This document shows positions 55,417-64,000 of a stretch of DNA of 64,000 bases, in pieces (positions within the stretch are counted from its first letter, which is position 1; each line of letters opens with the position of its first letter). Both the position numbers and the translations under genes were made by a program. Origin of the DNA: a virus; IMG/VR virus record IMGVR_UViG_3300020183_000011; one strand, written 5' to 3'. The notes below the pieces were generated by a model. It ran no database searches and was not told the DNA's origin. It saw nothing but the letters and a program-made list of their open reading frames with translations.

Positions 55417-56693
55417 CAGAAGTCTATGACATACTAGAAGATCTTGCAGCAAATCCTTCGCGGAACTATAAGATCGATCTACTAAAGAAACACGAGAACA
55501 ACAAAGTGTTACGTGAAGTGGTTCGTCTAGCACTAGACCCTTTCACACAGTTTTATATTCGTAAGATCCCAAAGTACGAAGCAACTGGGAGTGGTTGCCT
55601 ACTTGGTGCAATGGATCAACTGTTTGAGTTAAGCAGCCGTATCGTAACTGGTAATGCTGCCATAGAACACCTCACTCAGGTCCTTACTTCACTCTCTCCG
55701 AAAAATGCTAAGGTGCTTGAACGCATCATAGCAAAGGACCTGAAATGTGGTGTATCTACTGCTACAGCCAACGATGTTTGGCTTGGCCTTATTTTAGATT
55801 ATCCCTGTATGCTGGCTTCCCAATACGAACAGAAGCTTGTAGATAAGATCAATTGGCCAGCATACGTCCAATTAAAGATGGATGGCATGAGGTTTAATGC
55901 CGTTGTTCGTGATGATAAGTGCGAGTTCAAGTCTCGTAATGGTAAGACCATCGATCTACTTGGTAACCTTGAAAAAGAGTTTGTTAAGATGGCAAACGGT
56001 ATGGACTGTGTGTTTGATGGTGAGCTGCTCGTCGCCGACGAAGATGGCTATCCATTGAATAGACAGACTGGTAACGGTATACTTAATAAAGCATTGAAAG
56101 GTACCATATCTGCTAAGGAAGCAGCAATGGTTCGTGCTACTGTATGGGACTTCATACCTTACATGTACTTTACATCAGGCGAATGTCCTACTCCGTACAA
56201 ATCTAGGTTTGCACAGTTGGTTGACTTACCCGAAAAGATCCAACTTGTGCCTAACTTCACTGTAGAGACCATTGAAGAGGCACAAGCAAAGTTTAAAGAG
56301 TATTACGACATTGGAGAGGAAGGCATCATACTCAAAGATATGAACGCTCCATGGGAAAACAAACGATCTAAGTCACTTATTAAATTTAAGGGTGAGTTAG
56401 AGTGTGATTTAAAGATCGTCGATGTTGAAGACGGCACAGGTAAGTATGAAGGACTATTGGGAGCCCTCGTCTGTGAGTCAGATGATGGCATTATTAAAGT
56501 TAAAGTGGGGAGTGGATTTAACGATGAAGATCGCGCGAAGATTAAAAAGCAAGATGTCGTTGGTAAGGTGGTGGCTGTCAGGTACAACGCTCGTATTAGG
56601 AGCAAACACGAAGGTGAGAGTTTATTCCTCCCAATCTTTGTGGAGATCCGTGAAGACAAAGATAAAGCAGATTCGTCTGGGGCTATAAAATGA
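55407..56693 (+). CDS. gp30: ATP-dependent DNA ligase gp30
   Basis: QLKMDGMR (KxDG), FDGEL, EEGIILK, KRS, KVGSG, LFLPIF..IREDK. Confidence 0.95.
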   Translation: MDLTEVYDILEDLAANPSRNYKIDLLKKHENNKVLREVVRLALDPFTQFYIRKIPKYEATGSGCLLGAMDQLFELSSRIVTGNAAIEHLTQVLTSLSPKNAKVLERIIAKDLKCGVSTATANDVWLGLILDYPCMLASQYEQKLVDKINWPAYVQLKMDGMRFNAVVRDDKCEFKSRNGKTIDLLGNLEKEFVKMANGMDCVFDGELLVADEDGYPLNRQTGNGILNKALKGTISAKEAAMVRATVWDFIPYMYFTSGECPTPYKSRFAQLVDLPEKIQLVPNFTVETIEEAQAKFKEYYDIGEEGIILKDMNAPWENKRSKSLIKFKGELECDLKIVDVEDGTGKYEGLLGALVCESDDGIIKVKVGSGFNDEDRAKIKKQDVVGKVVAVRYNARIRSKHEGESLFLPIFVEIREDKDKADSSGAIK

Positions 56694-56929
56694 AAGTAGA
56701 GCAGCTTATTCAACAAGAGATGAATAGAATATCAGATGAGCTCATAGACACATCAATTAAGCAGAGACAAAAGAATCGTTTATGGAGACTGTGGGCTAAA
56801 GCATTAGGTGAGAAAGCCTCTGAGTGTGATAGAGAGTCAGACAAGGTTACAGTTATCCGTACCATAGTGATTGGCGTTAACTTCATCACATGTCTATTCA
56901 TTATTGCAGGCATTATAAGGCATTGGTAG
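56690..56929 (+). CDS. Small membrane protein
   Basis: LWRLWAKALGEKA...NFITCLFIIAGIIRHW. Confidence 0.65.
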   Translation: MKVEQLIQQEMNRISDELIDTSIKQRQKNRLWRLWAKALGEKASECDRESDKVTVIRTIVIGVNFITCLFIIAGIIRHW

Positions 56930-56964
56930 CATAAATACTTAATTGCAACGTTAAGGAGCGCATC

Positions 56965-57318
56965 GTGAAGTATTTAGCGCTTTTATTATTATCGTTATCA
57001 GTTCAGGCAGCAGATCTTCCAAAAGAGTTGTATATGCCTAATGATGATAATGGGTTTGTAGTAGTAACAACTGAAGAGTGTAAAATTGATGAAGCAAAAA
57101 AAGAATATCTATATCGAGCTTATGCAACAGAAAACGATGGTACTATGCATGAAGGTTGCTGGAATGATCCAGACCTCCACAGTAAGCATCGTGACATTCC
57201 TGTATTTAATCTTACTTTTGGCCCAGGTCTAGTTGTTACCTATAAACAACACCTATTCTCGTCAGAAAAGAAAAGATGGGAAGTTGCTCCATCTATCGAG
57301 GTTAAACCACAATTATAA
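56965..57318 (+). CDS. Secreted hypothetical protein
   Basis: Signal peptide VQA-A; two Cys (EECK, EGCW). Confidence 0.6.
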   Translation: MKYLALLLLSLSVQAADLPKELYMPNDDNGFVVVTTEECKIDEAKKEYLYRAYATENDGTMHEGCWNDPDLHSKHRDIPVFNLTFGPGLVVTYKQHLFSSEKKRWEVAPSIEVKPQL

Positions 57319-57319
57319 G

Positions 57320-57348
57320 TGTACTTTAAATATCTTTAATGGTATAAT
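57320..57348 (+). promoter_or_regulatory. TGTACT-N17-TATAAT promoter of gp43 (likely leaderless)
   Basis: ATG 57355 lies 7 nt after the -10 box, with no SD. Confidence 0.7.
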
Positions 57349-57354
57349 TATATC

Positions 57355-59847
57355 ATGAGTAGATTCTATACAAACGTTGTCAAATACGGCAACCAGTTAT
57401 TTTTGCGTTACGTTAATAATGGTCAGGCATTCAAAAGTAAAGTACCATTTCAACCTACATTATTTCAAGCTAGTAACACTGCCGATCAATCATCTATTTG
57501 GAAAACACTGGATGGTATTCCTGTCGTGCCTAAAAAGTTTGAGTCTATCAAAGCAGCCACTGAATATATAGACTTATACAAGGACGTAGAAGGTAAAGAG
57601 TTCTTTGGTAATACACAGTTTCAATATCAATACATCACAGAGGCTTATCCTAAGACCATAAACTGGGACAAAGACCTGATTAAGTTGTACTCGATCGACA
57701 TCGAGACAGCAACAGAAGATGGGTTTCCTAGCATCAAAGAAGCAAACGAAGAAGTATTGCTTATCACCATCAAGGATAATAATCATAAGCAGATAGTGAC
57801 CATCGGCTCTCGTCCGTACATGACAGACCGAAAAGATGTTAAGTTCATGCATTGTAAAGACGAAGCAGACTTACTCAAAACCTTTGTAGTGTTTTGGTCT
57901 AATAATTATCCTGACGTGATCACAGGTTGGAACATCAACTCATTCGATATCCCATACTTAGTCAATAGGATACGCTTAGTAATAGGTGATGAGTATGTCA
58001 AACGACTATCACCATGGGGTGTTGTCAACGAGAAGTCTGCTTATGTTGGCAAAGGTGAGACAATACAATCATACTCGATCTTAGGCATATCAATCCTCGA
58101 TTACTTAGACTTATACAAAAAGTTTACATACACGAACCAAGAATCATACAAGCTTGACTACATAGCACACATCGAGCTTGGTAAAAAGAAGCTTGAGAAT
58201 CCTGAAGATAACTTCAAAGACTTCTATACAAATCATTGGAAGACGTTTGTCGATTACAACATCCATGATACCGAACTCGTAGACGAGCTAGAAGACAAGA
58301 TGAAACTCATTGAGCTTGTGTTTACCCTAGCATATAGCTCTAAGATCAACTATGAAGATGTATTCTCTCCTGTTCGTATGTGGGACATGATCATCTTTAA
58401 CTATCTACATGAACGACGTATAGCCATACCACTTAAAGAAGAGTCTACAAAGTCTGCTGAGTTTGAAGGCGCATATGTTAAGGAACCACTTGTTGGTCCA
58501 CATAGATGGGTTGCATCGTTCGACTTGAACTCACTGTATCCACACCTTATCATGCAGTATAACATGAGTCCTGAAACAATCACTGACAAGAGGTTGAACA
58601 TTAATGTGGATAAACTCTTAGCACATGAACCTATAGAAGTCCCAGTCGGACTGTCTACATCTGCTAATGGTTGGTGTTATACTAAAGACGAGAAAGGTTT
58701 CCTTCCAGCATTGATGGAAGAGATGTACAACAATCGTTCTAAGTTTAAGAAACAAATGTTAAAAGCAGAACAAGAATACGAACATAATAAAGATCCTCAG
58801 CTTGTCAAAGATATATCTAAGCTTAAGAACCTACAGATGGCAATGAAGATCGCATTGAACTCAGCTTATGGTGCTATCGGTAATAAATACTTCCGTTATT
58901 ACGACTTACGTATAGCTGAAGGTATCACCATATCTGGTCAGCTATCCATTAGATGGATGGCAAACAAGCTTAACGACTTCATGAATAAGACCATGAAGAC
59001 TGATAACAAAGACTATGTCATAGCTATCGATACCGATTCAATATACTTATCTCTCGAAGATCTTGTAGAAAAGGTATGTGTAGACAAGACTACTGAAGAG
59101 AAGGTGGCATTCATGGATAAGACATGTGAACGTGTCATCCAACCATTCATCGATGGTGGTTATCAAGAGCTTACAACATACATGAATGCATACTCACAAA
59201 AGATGCAGATGAAACGCGAAGTGCTTGCAGATAAAGCCATATGGATCGGCAAGAAAAGATATGTGTTAAACGTACATAATTCCGAAGGAGTACAATATGC
59301 GAAACCTAAGATTAAAGTTATGGGCCTTGAAATGGTTAAATCGTCGACACCTGCTGTTGTCCGCTCGAAACTCAAGGATGCATTGGAGGTCATCTTGCAT
59401 CAGGACCAAAGTGCACTTCAGACATTCGTCCAAGAATTCAAGAAAAAATTCTCCACGCTCTCTGTCTCTGATGTCGCATTTCCTCGATCGATTTCTGGAT
59501 TAAAAGAATACAATACTGCTCAATCGATCTACAAGAAAGGTACACCTATTCAAGTTCGAGGCGCTCTACTGTTTAACTACTATCTAAAACAAAAAGGTTT
59601 GACTAAGAAGTATGAGCCAATTACGAATGGTGGTAAGATCAAGTTTGTTTACTTACGAACACCAAATCCAATAAACGAAAACGTCATAGCATTTAACTCT
59701 GTGTTACCTAAAGAGTTTGGATTAGATGACTACATAGATTATGATACACAGTTCGAGAAAGTATTCCTTGACGCATTGGAAAACGTCATCGAACCGTTAG
59801 GATGGCATGCTGAAGAGAAAGCTTCTCTTGAGTCTTTCTTTGGTTAG
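57355..59847 (+). CDS. gp43: Family B DNA polymerase gp43
   Basis: DIET, FDIPY, YNIHD, SFDLNSLYP, KIALNSAYG, DTDS, KKRY; C-terminal clamp motif SLESFF. Confidence 0.98.
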   Translation: MSRFYTNVVKYGNQLFLRYVNNGQAFKSKVPFQPTLFQASNTADQSSIWKTLDGIPVVPKKFESIKAATEYIDLYKDVEGKEFFGNTQFQYQYITEAYPKTINWDKDLIKLYSIDIETATEDGFPSIKEANEEVLLITIKDNNHKQIVTIGSRPYMTDRKDVKFMHCKDEADLLKTFVVFWSNNYPDVITGWNINSFDIPYLVNRIRLVIGDEYVKRLSPWGVVNEKSAYVGKGETIQSYSILGISILDYLDLYKKFTYTNQESYKLDYIAHIELGKKKLENPEDNFKDFYTNHWKTFVDYNIHDTELVDELEDKMKLIELVFTLAYSSKINYEDVFSPVRMWDMIIFNYLHERRIAIPLKEESTKSAEFEGAYVKEPLVGPHRWVASFDLNSLYPHLIMQYNMSPETITDKRLNINVDKLLAHEPIEVPVGLSTSANGWCYTKDEKGFLPALMEEMYNNRSKFKKQMLKAEQEYEHNKDPQLVKDISKLKNLQMAMKIALNSAYGAIGNKYFRYYDLRIAEGITISGQLSIRWMANKLNDFMNKTMKTDNKDYVIAIDTDSIYLSLEDLVEKVCVDKTTEEKVAFMDKTCERVIQPFIDGGYQELTTYMNAYSQKMQMKREVLADKAIWIGKKRYVLNVHNSEGVQYAKPKIKVMGLEMVKSSTPAVVRSKLKDALEVILHQDQSALQTFVQEFKKKFSTLSVSDVAFPRSISGLKEYNTAQSIYKKGTPIQVRGALLFNYYLKQKGLTKKYEPITNGGKIKFVYLRTPNPINENVIAFNSVLPKEFGLDDYIDYDTQFEKVFLDALENVIEPLGWHAEEKASLESFFG

Positions 59848-60223
59848 TATACAAGGCTGTGCTATCTTAGGAGTCGGTGGTGCATATCAAACTATTGATA
59901 ATGTATCTACTGGTGTAAACGTAGTATCGTATGGCGCTACAGGAAAAGGATTATCAGATCATGCTGCATCTACTATCACAGGCAAAGATTGCCAAATGTT
60001 TAACGTATTACAACATAAAAATATTTGTAGGATAAGGAAAACTTATGAAGTGCGACATCTGCAAGAAGGAAATAAACAGCAGTTGCAAGTGGAAACCTTG
60101 CCAACTATTAAAGTACCTAAAGAAAGGAAAAAACTAAATGTCACAAGATTGGGTAAAAGACATGAACGACATGCACGCAAAGTTCGGTGTGCGAGAAGTC
60201 GTGTCAAAAATGGATGCAAATAA
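59807..60223 (+). CDS. Putative lipoprotein
   Basis: Lipobox-like IQGC; TGKGLSDHAAS..TGKDC. Confidence 0.55.
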   Translation: MLKRKLLLSLSLVSIQGCAILGVGGAYQTIDNVSTGVNVVSYGATGKGLSDHAASTITGKDCQMFNVLQHKNICRIRKTYEVRHLQEGNKQQLQVETLPTIKVPKERKKLNVTRLGKRHERHARKVRCARSRVKNGCK

Positions 60224-60539
60224 ACTATTGGACTTCTTACAGTTTCGTATAGGTTGTTTACAAGAAGAACTAGACGAACTCAAAGCGGCAAAGAATGGTG
60301 ATGATGCAGTCGATGCATTGATCGACCTATCTGTGTTTGCTATCGGTACATTAGATCTATTTGGTATCGATGCACATATGGCATGGGACCGAGTATATAA
60401 ATCTAACATTACCAAGGAAGTTGGTATCAAGGAAGGTCGACCAAACCCACTAGGTTTGCCTGATCTTATCAAGCCTGAAGGATGGACAGCACCAACTCAT
60501 AAAAATAACACAGGAGCATTCGACAAGATTTATGACTAA
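60138..60539 (+). CDS. MazG-like / all-alpha NTP pyrophosphohydrolase
   Basis: LQEELDEL, VDALIDL, V.KSN..K, DLIKPEGW. Confidence 0.8.
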   Translation: MSQDWVKDMNDMHAKFGVREVVSKMDANKLLDFLQFRIGCLQEELDELKAAKNGDDAVDALIDLSVFAIGTLDLFGIDAHMAWDRVYKSNITKEVGIKEGRPNPLGLPDLIKPEGWTAPTHKNNTGAFDKIYD

Positions 60540-61125
60540 AGATAAGTATAATCAAATGTTACAATTTGCACAGATGCTTGCATCTGGTCCATGTAAAGTG
60601 TATAAAAAAGATGTGCATGAAGATATCTCAAAGATGGCTAAAGCTATCTATGAAAGTGATTATCAACAAAGCAAAAGACCACGTACATATGAAGAAGTAT
60701 ACGATGACTGTAAACATATAGTCATAGAATATGCTTTAGCTGAACGCTTAAAAGGTATGAGAAATCCTAAAGAATTTGATAAGACTGATGCTGATTCTTA
60801 TTATTGGGATGTGCTAGTAGAATTTATCATGGCAAATATACTATTTGAATGTAAGAGGCATAAAGAAAATGGTGGTGAAATGTTTTCATACTCAAATAAA
60901 GGTATGGAAACATTCTTTAAACATAAAGATAAATTAGATTACGTGGTTACTGCGCGTGTGAATGATTTTGAAGATTATTATCTAGTAAATTTTACTTATA
61001 TAATGGATGCTCCATCGTTTAAAAAATACTGGGAACCTAGTAAATATAAACCATTATGGGAATCTATGTATAATAACTTTAACAGCCTCAGGGAAAAAGC
61101 TTGTGTAAAAATAAATTTACTTTAA
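60532..61125 (+). CDS. Hypothetical protein, possible PD-(D/E)xK nuclease
   Basis: VIEYAL...WDVL...FECK spacing. Confidence 0.45.
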   Translation: MTKDKYNQMLQFAQMLASGPCKVYKKDVHEDISKMAKAIYESDYQQSKRPRTYEEVYDDCKHIVIEYALAERLKGMRNPKEFDKTDADSYYWDVLVEFIMANILFECKRHKENGGEMFSYSNKGMETFFKHKDKLDYVVTARVNDFEDYYLVNFTYIMDAPSFKKYWEPSKYKPLWESMYNNFNSLREKACVKINLL

Positions 61126-61169
61126 TTATTAAATGTGGTATTATACTACTATAACATGGGAGTTATATT

Positions 61170-61517
61170 ATGAAACAATATTCAAGACCGTCAGCAAACA
61201 TCTTATTAGAAGCCGCTGATATCCAAGAACGAAAAGGCAATGATTACAACAATGCCAATTCTCGAGTACAACAAGCAGATTATTATGAACACGGTGTCTG
61301 GACTATCCTTGACATCATGAAAGCAAAGTATCTCCGCATGGTCTCAGTGTTAGAAGCACAAGAGGCTGGAGGTATACCTAACTTTGAATCGGTCGAAGAC
61401 TCAGCTCTTGACATGATCAACTATGCATCGTTCTTAGTTGCGTACTGTCGTCATCAAGTCCCTGGTCAAGATCCTAATCGAGACATCTTTAACAAACCTA
61501 AGAAGGTGACAAAATGA
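61170..61517 (+). CDS. Nucleotide-modification-associated alpha-helical domain protein (Nmad/DUF1599-like)
   Basis: QERKGNDY, K..R..S, FESVEDSALDMINYASF; adjacent to gp42. Confidence 0.65.
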   Translation: MKQYSRPSANILLEAADIQERKGNDYNNANSRVQQADYYEHGVWTILDIMKAKYLRMVSVLEAQEAGGIPNFESVEDSALDMINYASFLVAYCRHQVPGQDPNRDIFNKPKKVTK

Positions 61518-62209
61518 GTACAGTCTATGGTGTAAGTAATATCCGAAACATCTTTACCGAGAAGCTAAAGATGGGTGACTTCGTCATCGACAAGACTGGT
61601 GTTAAGACTATCGAGATCATGAATGCAGCCTTCTTTGCAAATGCGCCGACTATATTTGGTACAGTCAACGAAGACTATGTTAAGCGTGAACTCGAATGGT
61701 ATAACTCTAAGTCACGCAATGTGAATGATATTCCAGGTGGAGCACCAGAGATATGGAAAATGGTATCATCAACAAAAGGTCGCATCAACTCTAACTATGG
61801 TTGGTGTATATACTCGTTTGAGAATGGCGATCAATTTACTAAAGTAGTCGACGAACTTACAAATAATCCAGACTCTCGTAGAGCGGTCATGATCTATACA
61901 AGACCATCTATGCATTATGACTATAACACTGACGGTATGTCTGACTTCATATGTACTAACACTGTACAATACATGATTAGAAATAATAAACTTCATTCTA
62001 TGGTTTACATGAGATCTAACGATGCGGTGTTTGGCTATAAGAATGATTATGCATGGCAAAAGCATGTGTTACTAGAAGTATGGGAATACTTAAGACATGC
62101 ACACAGTAAGTTTGATGACTTGCAACTAGGTGATATCTATTGGAACGTAGCATCACTTCATATATACGAAAGGCACTTTAAGTTTATAAATGACCCTGCA
62201 GCCAACTAA
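61514..62209 (+). CDS. gp42: dCMP hydroxymethylase (gp42-like thymidylate synthase homologue)
   Basis: INSNYGW, SRRAVMIY.RP, DFICT, MRSNDAVFGYKNDYAWQ (T4 gp42 as I recall it: MRSNDVVFGFRNDYAWQ), SLHIYERHF. Confidence 0.85.
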   Translation: MSTVYGVSNIRNIFTEKLKMGDFVIDKTGVKTIEIMNAAFFANAPTIFGTVNEDYVKRELEWYNSKSRNVNDIPGGAPEIWKMVSSTKGRINSNYGWCIYSFENGDQFTKVVDELTNNPDSRRAVMIYTRPSMHYDYNTDGMSDFICTNTVQYMIRNNKLHSMVYMRSNDAVFGYKNDYAWQKHVLLEVWEYLRHAHSKFDDLQLGDIYWNVASLHIYERHFKFINDPAAN

Positions 62210-62669
62210 GTGGAAAGATGTCGGTAAATGGTATAAGAGATACCTCAAGTTAGCTAAAGAGGTATCGACATGGTCTAAAGATCCTAGCACCCAAGTTGGT
62301 GCTGTCGTCGTTGGATCTAAAGGACAGATATTGTCACAAGGATACAATGGGTTTCCACGTAATATAGCCGATACGCCCAGACGATTAAAAGACAGAAAAG
62401 TTAAGTTGTCACTCGTAGTGCATGCTGAGATGAACGCTATATATAATGCAACATACTCCGGAGTATCATTAGACGGTGCGATCATGTTTATCTATGGTTT
62501 ACCAGCATGCTCTGAGTGTGCTAAGGGTATCATTCAAGTCGGGATAAGTAAAGTGGTAGTATCAAAACAATGTATAGAATCTCGCCCGCATTGGAACGAA
62601 TCATGGAAAAGTTCTAAGGCCATGTTCGATGAGGCTGGAGTTAAAATTTTTGTAATCGATGAGGAGTAA
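62190..62669 (+). CDS. cd: dCMP deaminase
   Basis: WSKDPSTQVGAV, GYNGFPR, HAEMNAI, ACSECAK. Confidence 0.92.
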   Translation: MTLQPTKWKDVGKWYKRYLKLAKEVSTWSKDPSTQVGAVVVGSKGQILSQGYNGFPRNIADTPRRLKDRKVKLSLVVHAEMNAIYNATYSGVSLDGAIMFIYGLPACSECAKGIIQVGISKVVVSKQCIESRPHWNESWKSSKAMFDEAGVKIFVIDEE

Positions 62670-62671
62670 TC

Positions 62672-62893
62672 ATGGCACAACCAGGTAATAAAGCAAGAGT
62701 TCATCCAAGCAGAAGATATAATAACCCAATGGTATATAAATCAGGCAAACCTAGATTACGACCATTGAACGTAAAACAATTAGCAGACTTATTAGATAAG
62801 ACACAGCGAAACAAAGATAAACAAAAGATAGTTAGAGAGATGCGTCGTAAAGGTTTAATTCACATCAAAAAATATCATCCGGAAATTTTATAA
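62672..62893 (+). CDS. Basic hypothetical protein
   Basis: GAGGAG RBS; KSGKPRLRPLN. Confidence 0.6.
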   Translation: MAQPGNKARVHPSRRYNNPMVYKSGKPRLRPLNVKQLADLLDKTQRNKDKQKIVREMRRKGLIHIKKYHPEIL

Positions 62894-62902
62894 GGAAAAC
62901 AC

Positions 62903-63982
62903 ATGGGACTATTAGAAAAATTAAAAGGTAACTCAACGATCAAAGACACAGCTATCTTAGCTCAGTCCAAGTTCTTTACAAAGAAGGACATGATCCCAAC
63001 ATCCATTCCAGCAATCAACATTGCATTGAGTGGTAAACTTGACGGCGGTTTAACACCAGGTCTAACGATGTGGGCAGGTCCATCAAAACACTTCAAGACA
63101 GCGTTCAGTTTATTGATGGCCAAGTCTTATATGGATAAGTATCCAGAATCTGTATTATTATTCTATGATTCAGAGTTTGGTACACCACAGTCTTACTTCC
63201 AATCCTTTAGTATCGACCAAGAACGAGTGCTTCATACTCCTGTCACAGACGTAGAACAACTTAAGTTCGATATCATGAAGCAGATCGAAGGCATCGAGCG
63301 TGATGACAAGATCATGATCATCATAGACTCTATCGGTAACCTTGCATCTAAGAAGGAAGTTGAAGATACCCTCGAAGGTAAGTCTGTCGCAGATATGTCA
63401 AGAGCAAAACAAATCAAATCATTATTCCGTATGGTCACACCACACCTTACGCTTAAGGATATCCCAATGGTCGTAGTTAACCACACTTACATGACCATGG
63501 AGATGTACTCTAAGCCTGTAGTTGGTGGTGGTACTGGTTCATACTATTCAGCTGATAACATCTACATCCTTGGTCGTCAACAAGAGAAGGATGGTACTGA
63601 GTTATCTGGTTATAACTTTATTATCAACGTGGAGAAATCAAGATATGTCAGAGAAAAATCTAAGATACCTGTTACTGTTCATTTTAATGGTGGTATTAGC
63701 AAGTGGAGTGGGTTGCTTGATATTGCTTTGGAAACTGGTCATGTGGTTAAGCCATCTGTTGGTTGGTTTGCTAGGGTAAACACAGAGACTGGCGAGATCG
63801 GTGAGAAGTTTAGGATCAAAGATACCGATACCAAAGAGTTTTGGATGCCAATACTTATGGACAAATCTTTCCAAGATGCAGTCAAAAACAAGTACCAAGT
63901 CGCGCATGGTTCTATCATCAAAGATGAAGACATCATGGATGAGTTAGAATCAATCGAGGACATCGATGCTACACAAGATTAA
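62903..63982 (+). CDS. uvsX: RecA-like recombinase UvsX
   Basis: AGPSKHFKT, YDSEFG, DSIGNLASKKE, ADMSRAK, GGGTG, KSRYVREKS. Confidence 0.96.
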   Translation: MGLLEKLKGNSTIKDTAILAQSKFFTKKDMIPTSIPAINIALSGKLDGGLTPGLTMWAGPSKHFKTAFSLLMAKSYMDKYPESVLLFYDSEFGTPQSYFQSFSIDQERVLHTPVTDVEQLKFDIMKQIEGIERDDKIMIIIDSIGNLASKKEVEDTLEGKSVADMSRAKQIKSLFRMVTPHLTLKDIPMVVVNHTYMTMEMYSKPVVGGGTGSYYSADNIYILGRQQEKDGTELSGYNFIINVEKSRYVREKSKIPVTVHFNGGISKWSGLLDIALETGHVVKPSVGWFARVNTETGEIGEKFRIKDTDTKEFWMPILMDKSFQDAVKNKYQVAHGSIIKDEDIMDELESIEDIDATQD

Positions 63983-64000
63983 GTACGAGACTGGTCCATA

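Noticed and set aside
61514-62209. Call as ordinary thymidylate synthase ThyA
   Set aside because: It lacks the LPPCH and GVPFN motifs, and matches T4 gp42 (DFxCT, FGYKNDYAWQ) and the gp42 map position.
6353-63963. Numerous minus-strand ORFs in the track
   Set aside because: All lie opposite well-supported + strand genes and lack RBS or recognisable motifs.
1-64000. tRNA genes, introns, inteins or stop-codon reassignment
   Set aside because: I noticed no cloverleaf in the intergenic gaps by eye (tRNAscan not run). Core genes such as gp17, gp43, uvsW and uvsX are uninterrupted and normal in length under the standard code.
63966-64000. Start of a further gene overlapping the end of uvsX (MLHKIKYETGP...)
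   Set aside because: Only 11 codons fall inside the window, too few to identify.

Overview
This 64 kb window is from a T4-like myophage, and nearly all real genes are on the + strand. It runs from a Cys-rich, collagen- and repeat-containing tail fibre with an S74 chaperone (start lies before the window) into a ~9 kb glycosyltransferase/sulfotransferase/APS-kinase island. Next come the neck, tail and head genes (gp13-15, gp17-23, gp3), then uvsY, uvsW, gp55, gp47/46, a CobT/CobS-like pair, gp45/44/62 and regA. A ~15 kb accessory block separates regA from gp43, and the window ends with gp43, gp42, cd and uvsX. The accessory block holds three notable parts. (i) A host-takeover island, partly missed by the ORF track: a stand-alone PQQ precursor peptide gene pqqA (42560-42631), ribosomal protein bS21 with an apparent ATA start, a 20-aa basic peptide, an RNA polymerase omega-like protein, a secreted RRPY-repeat protein and Hsp20 with a ROSE-like leader. 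(ii) A five-gene candidate DNA hypermodification operon (UDG-like, two aGPT-PPlase-like, PLP enzyme, SGNH-like) in a genome whose thymidylate-synthase homologue is of the dCMP-hydroxymethylase type. (iii) An envelope lipoprotein operon. Regulatory signals are clear: TATAAATA late promoters, at least 14 TGTAC(A/T)-N17-TATAAT promoters (three apparently leaderless) plus one antisense variant, and IHF-consensus sites next to several of them. The PqqA sequence suggests a Methylophilaceae-type methylotroph host (inference). All family assignments come from motif recognition by eye; no searches were run.
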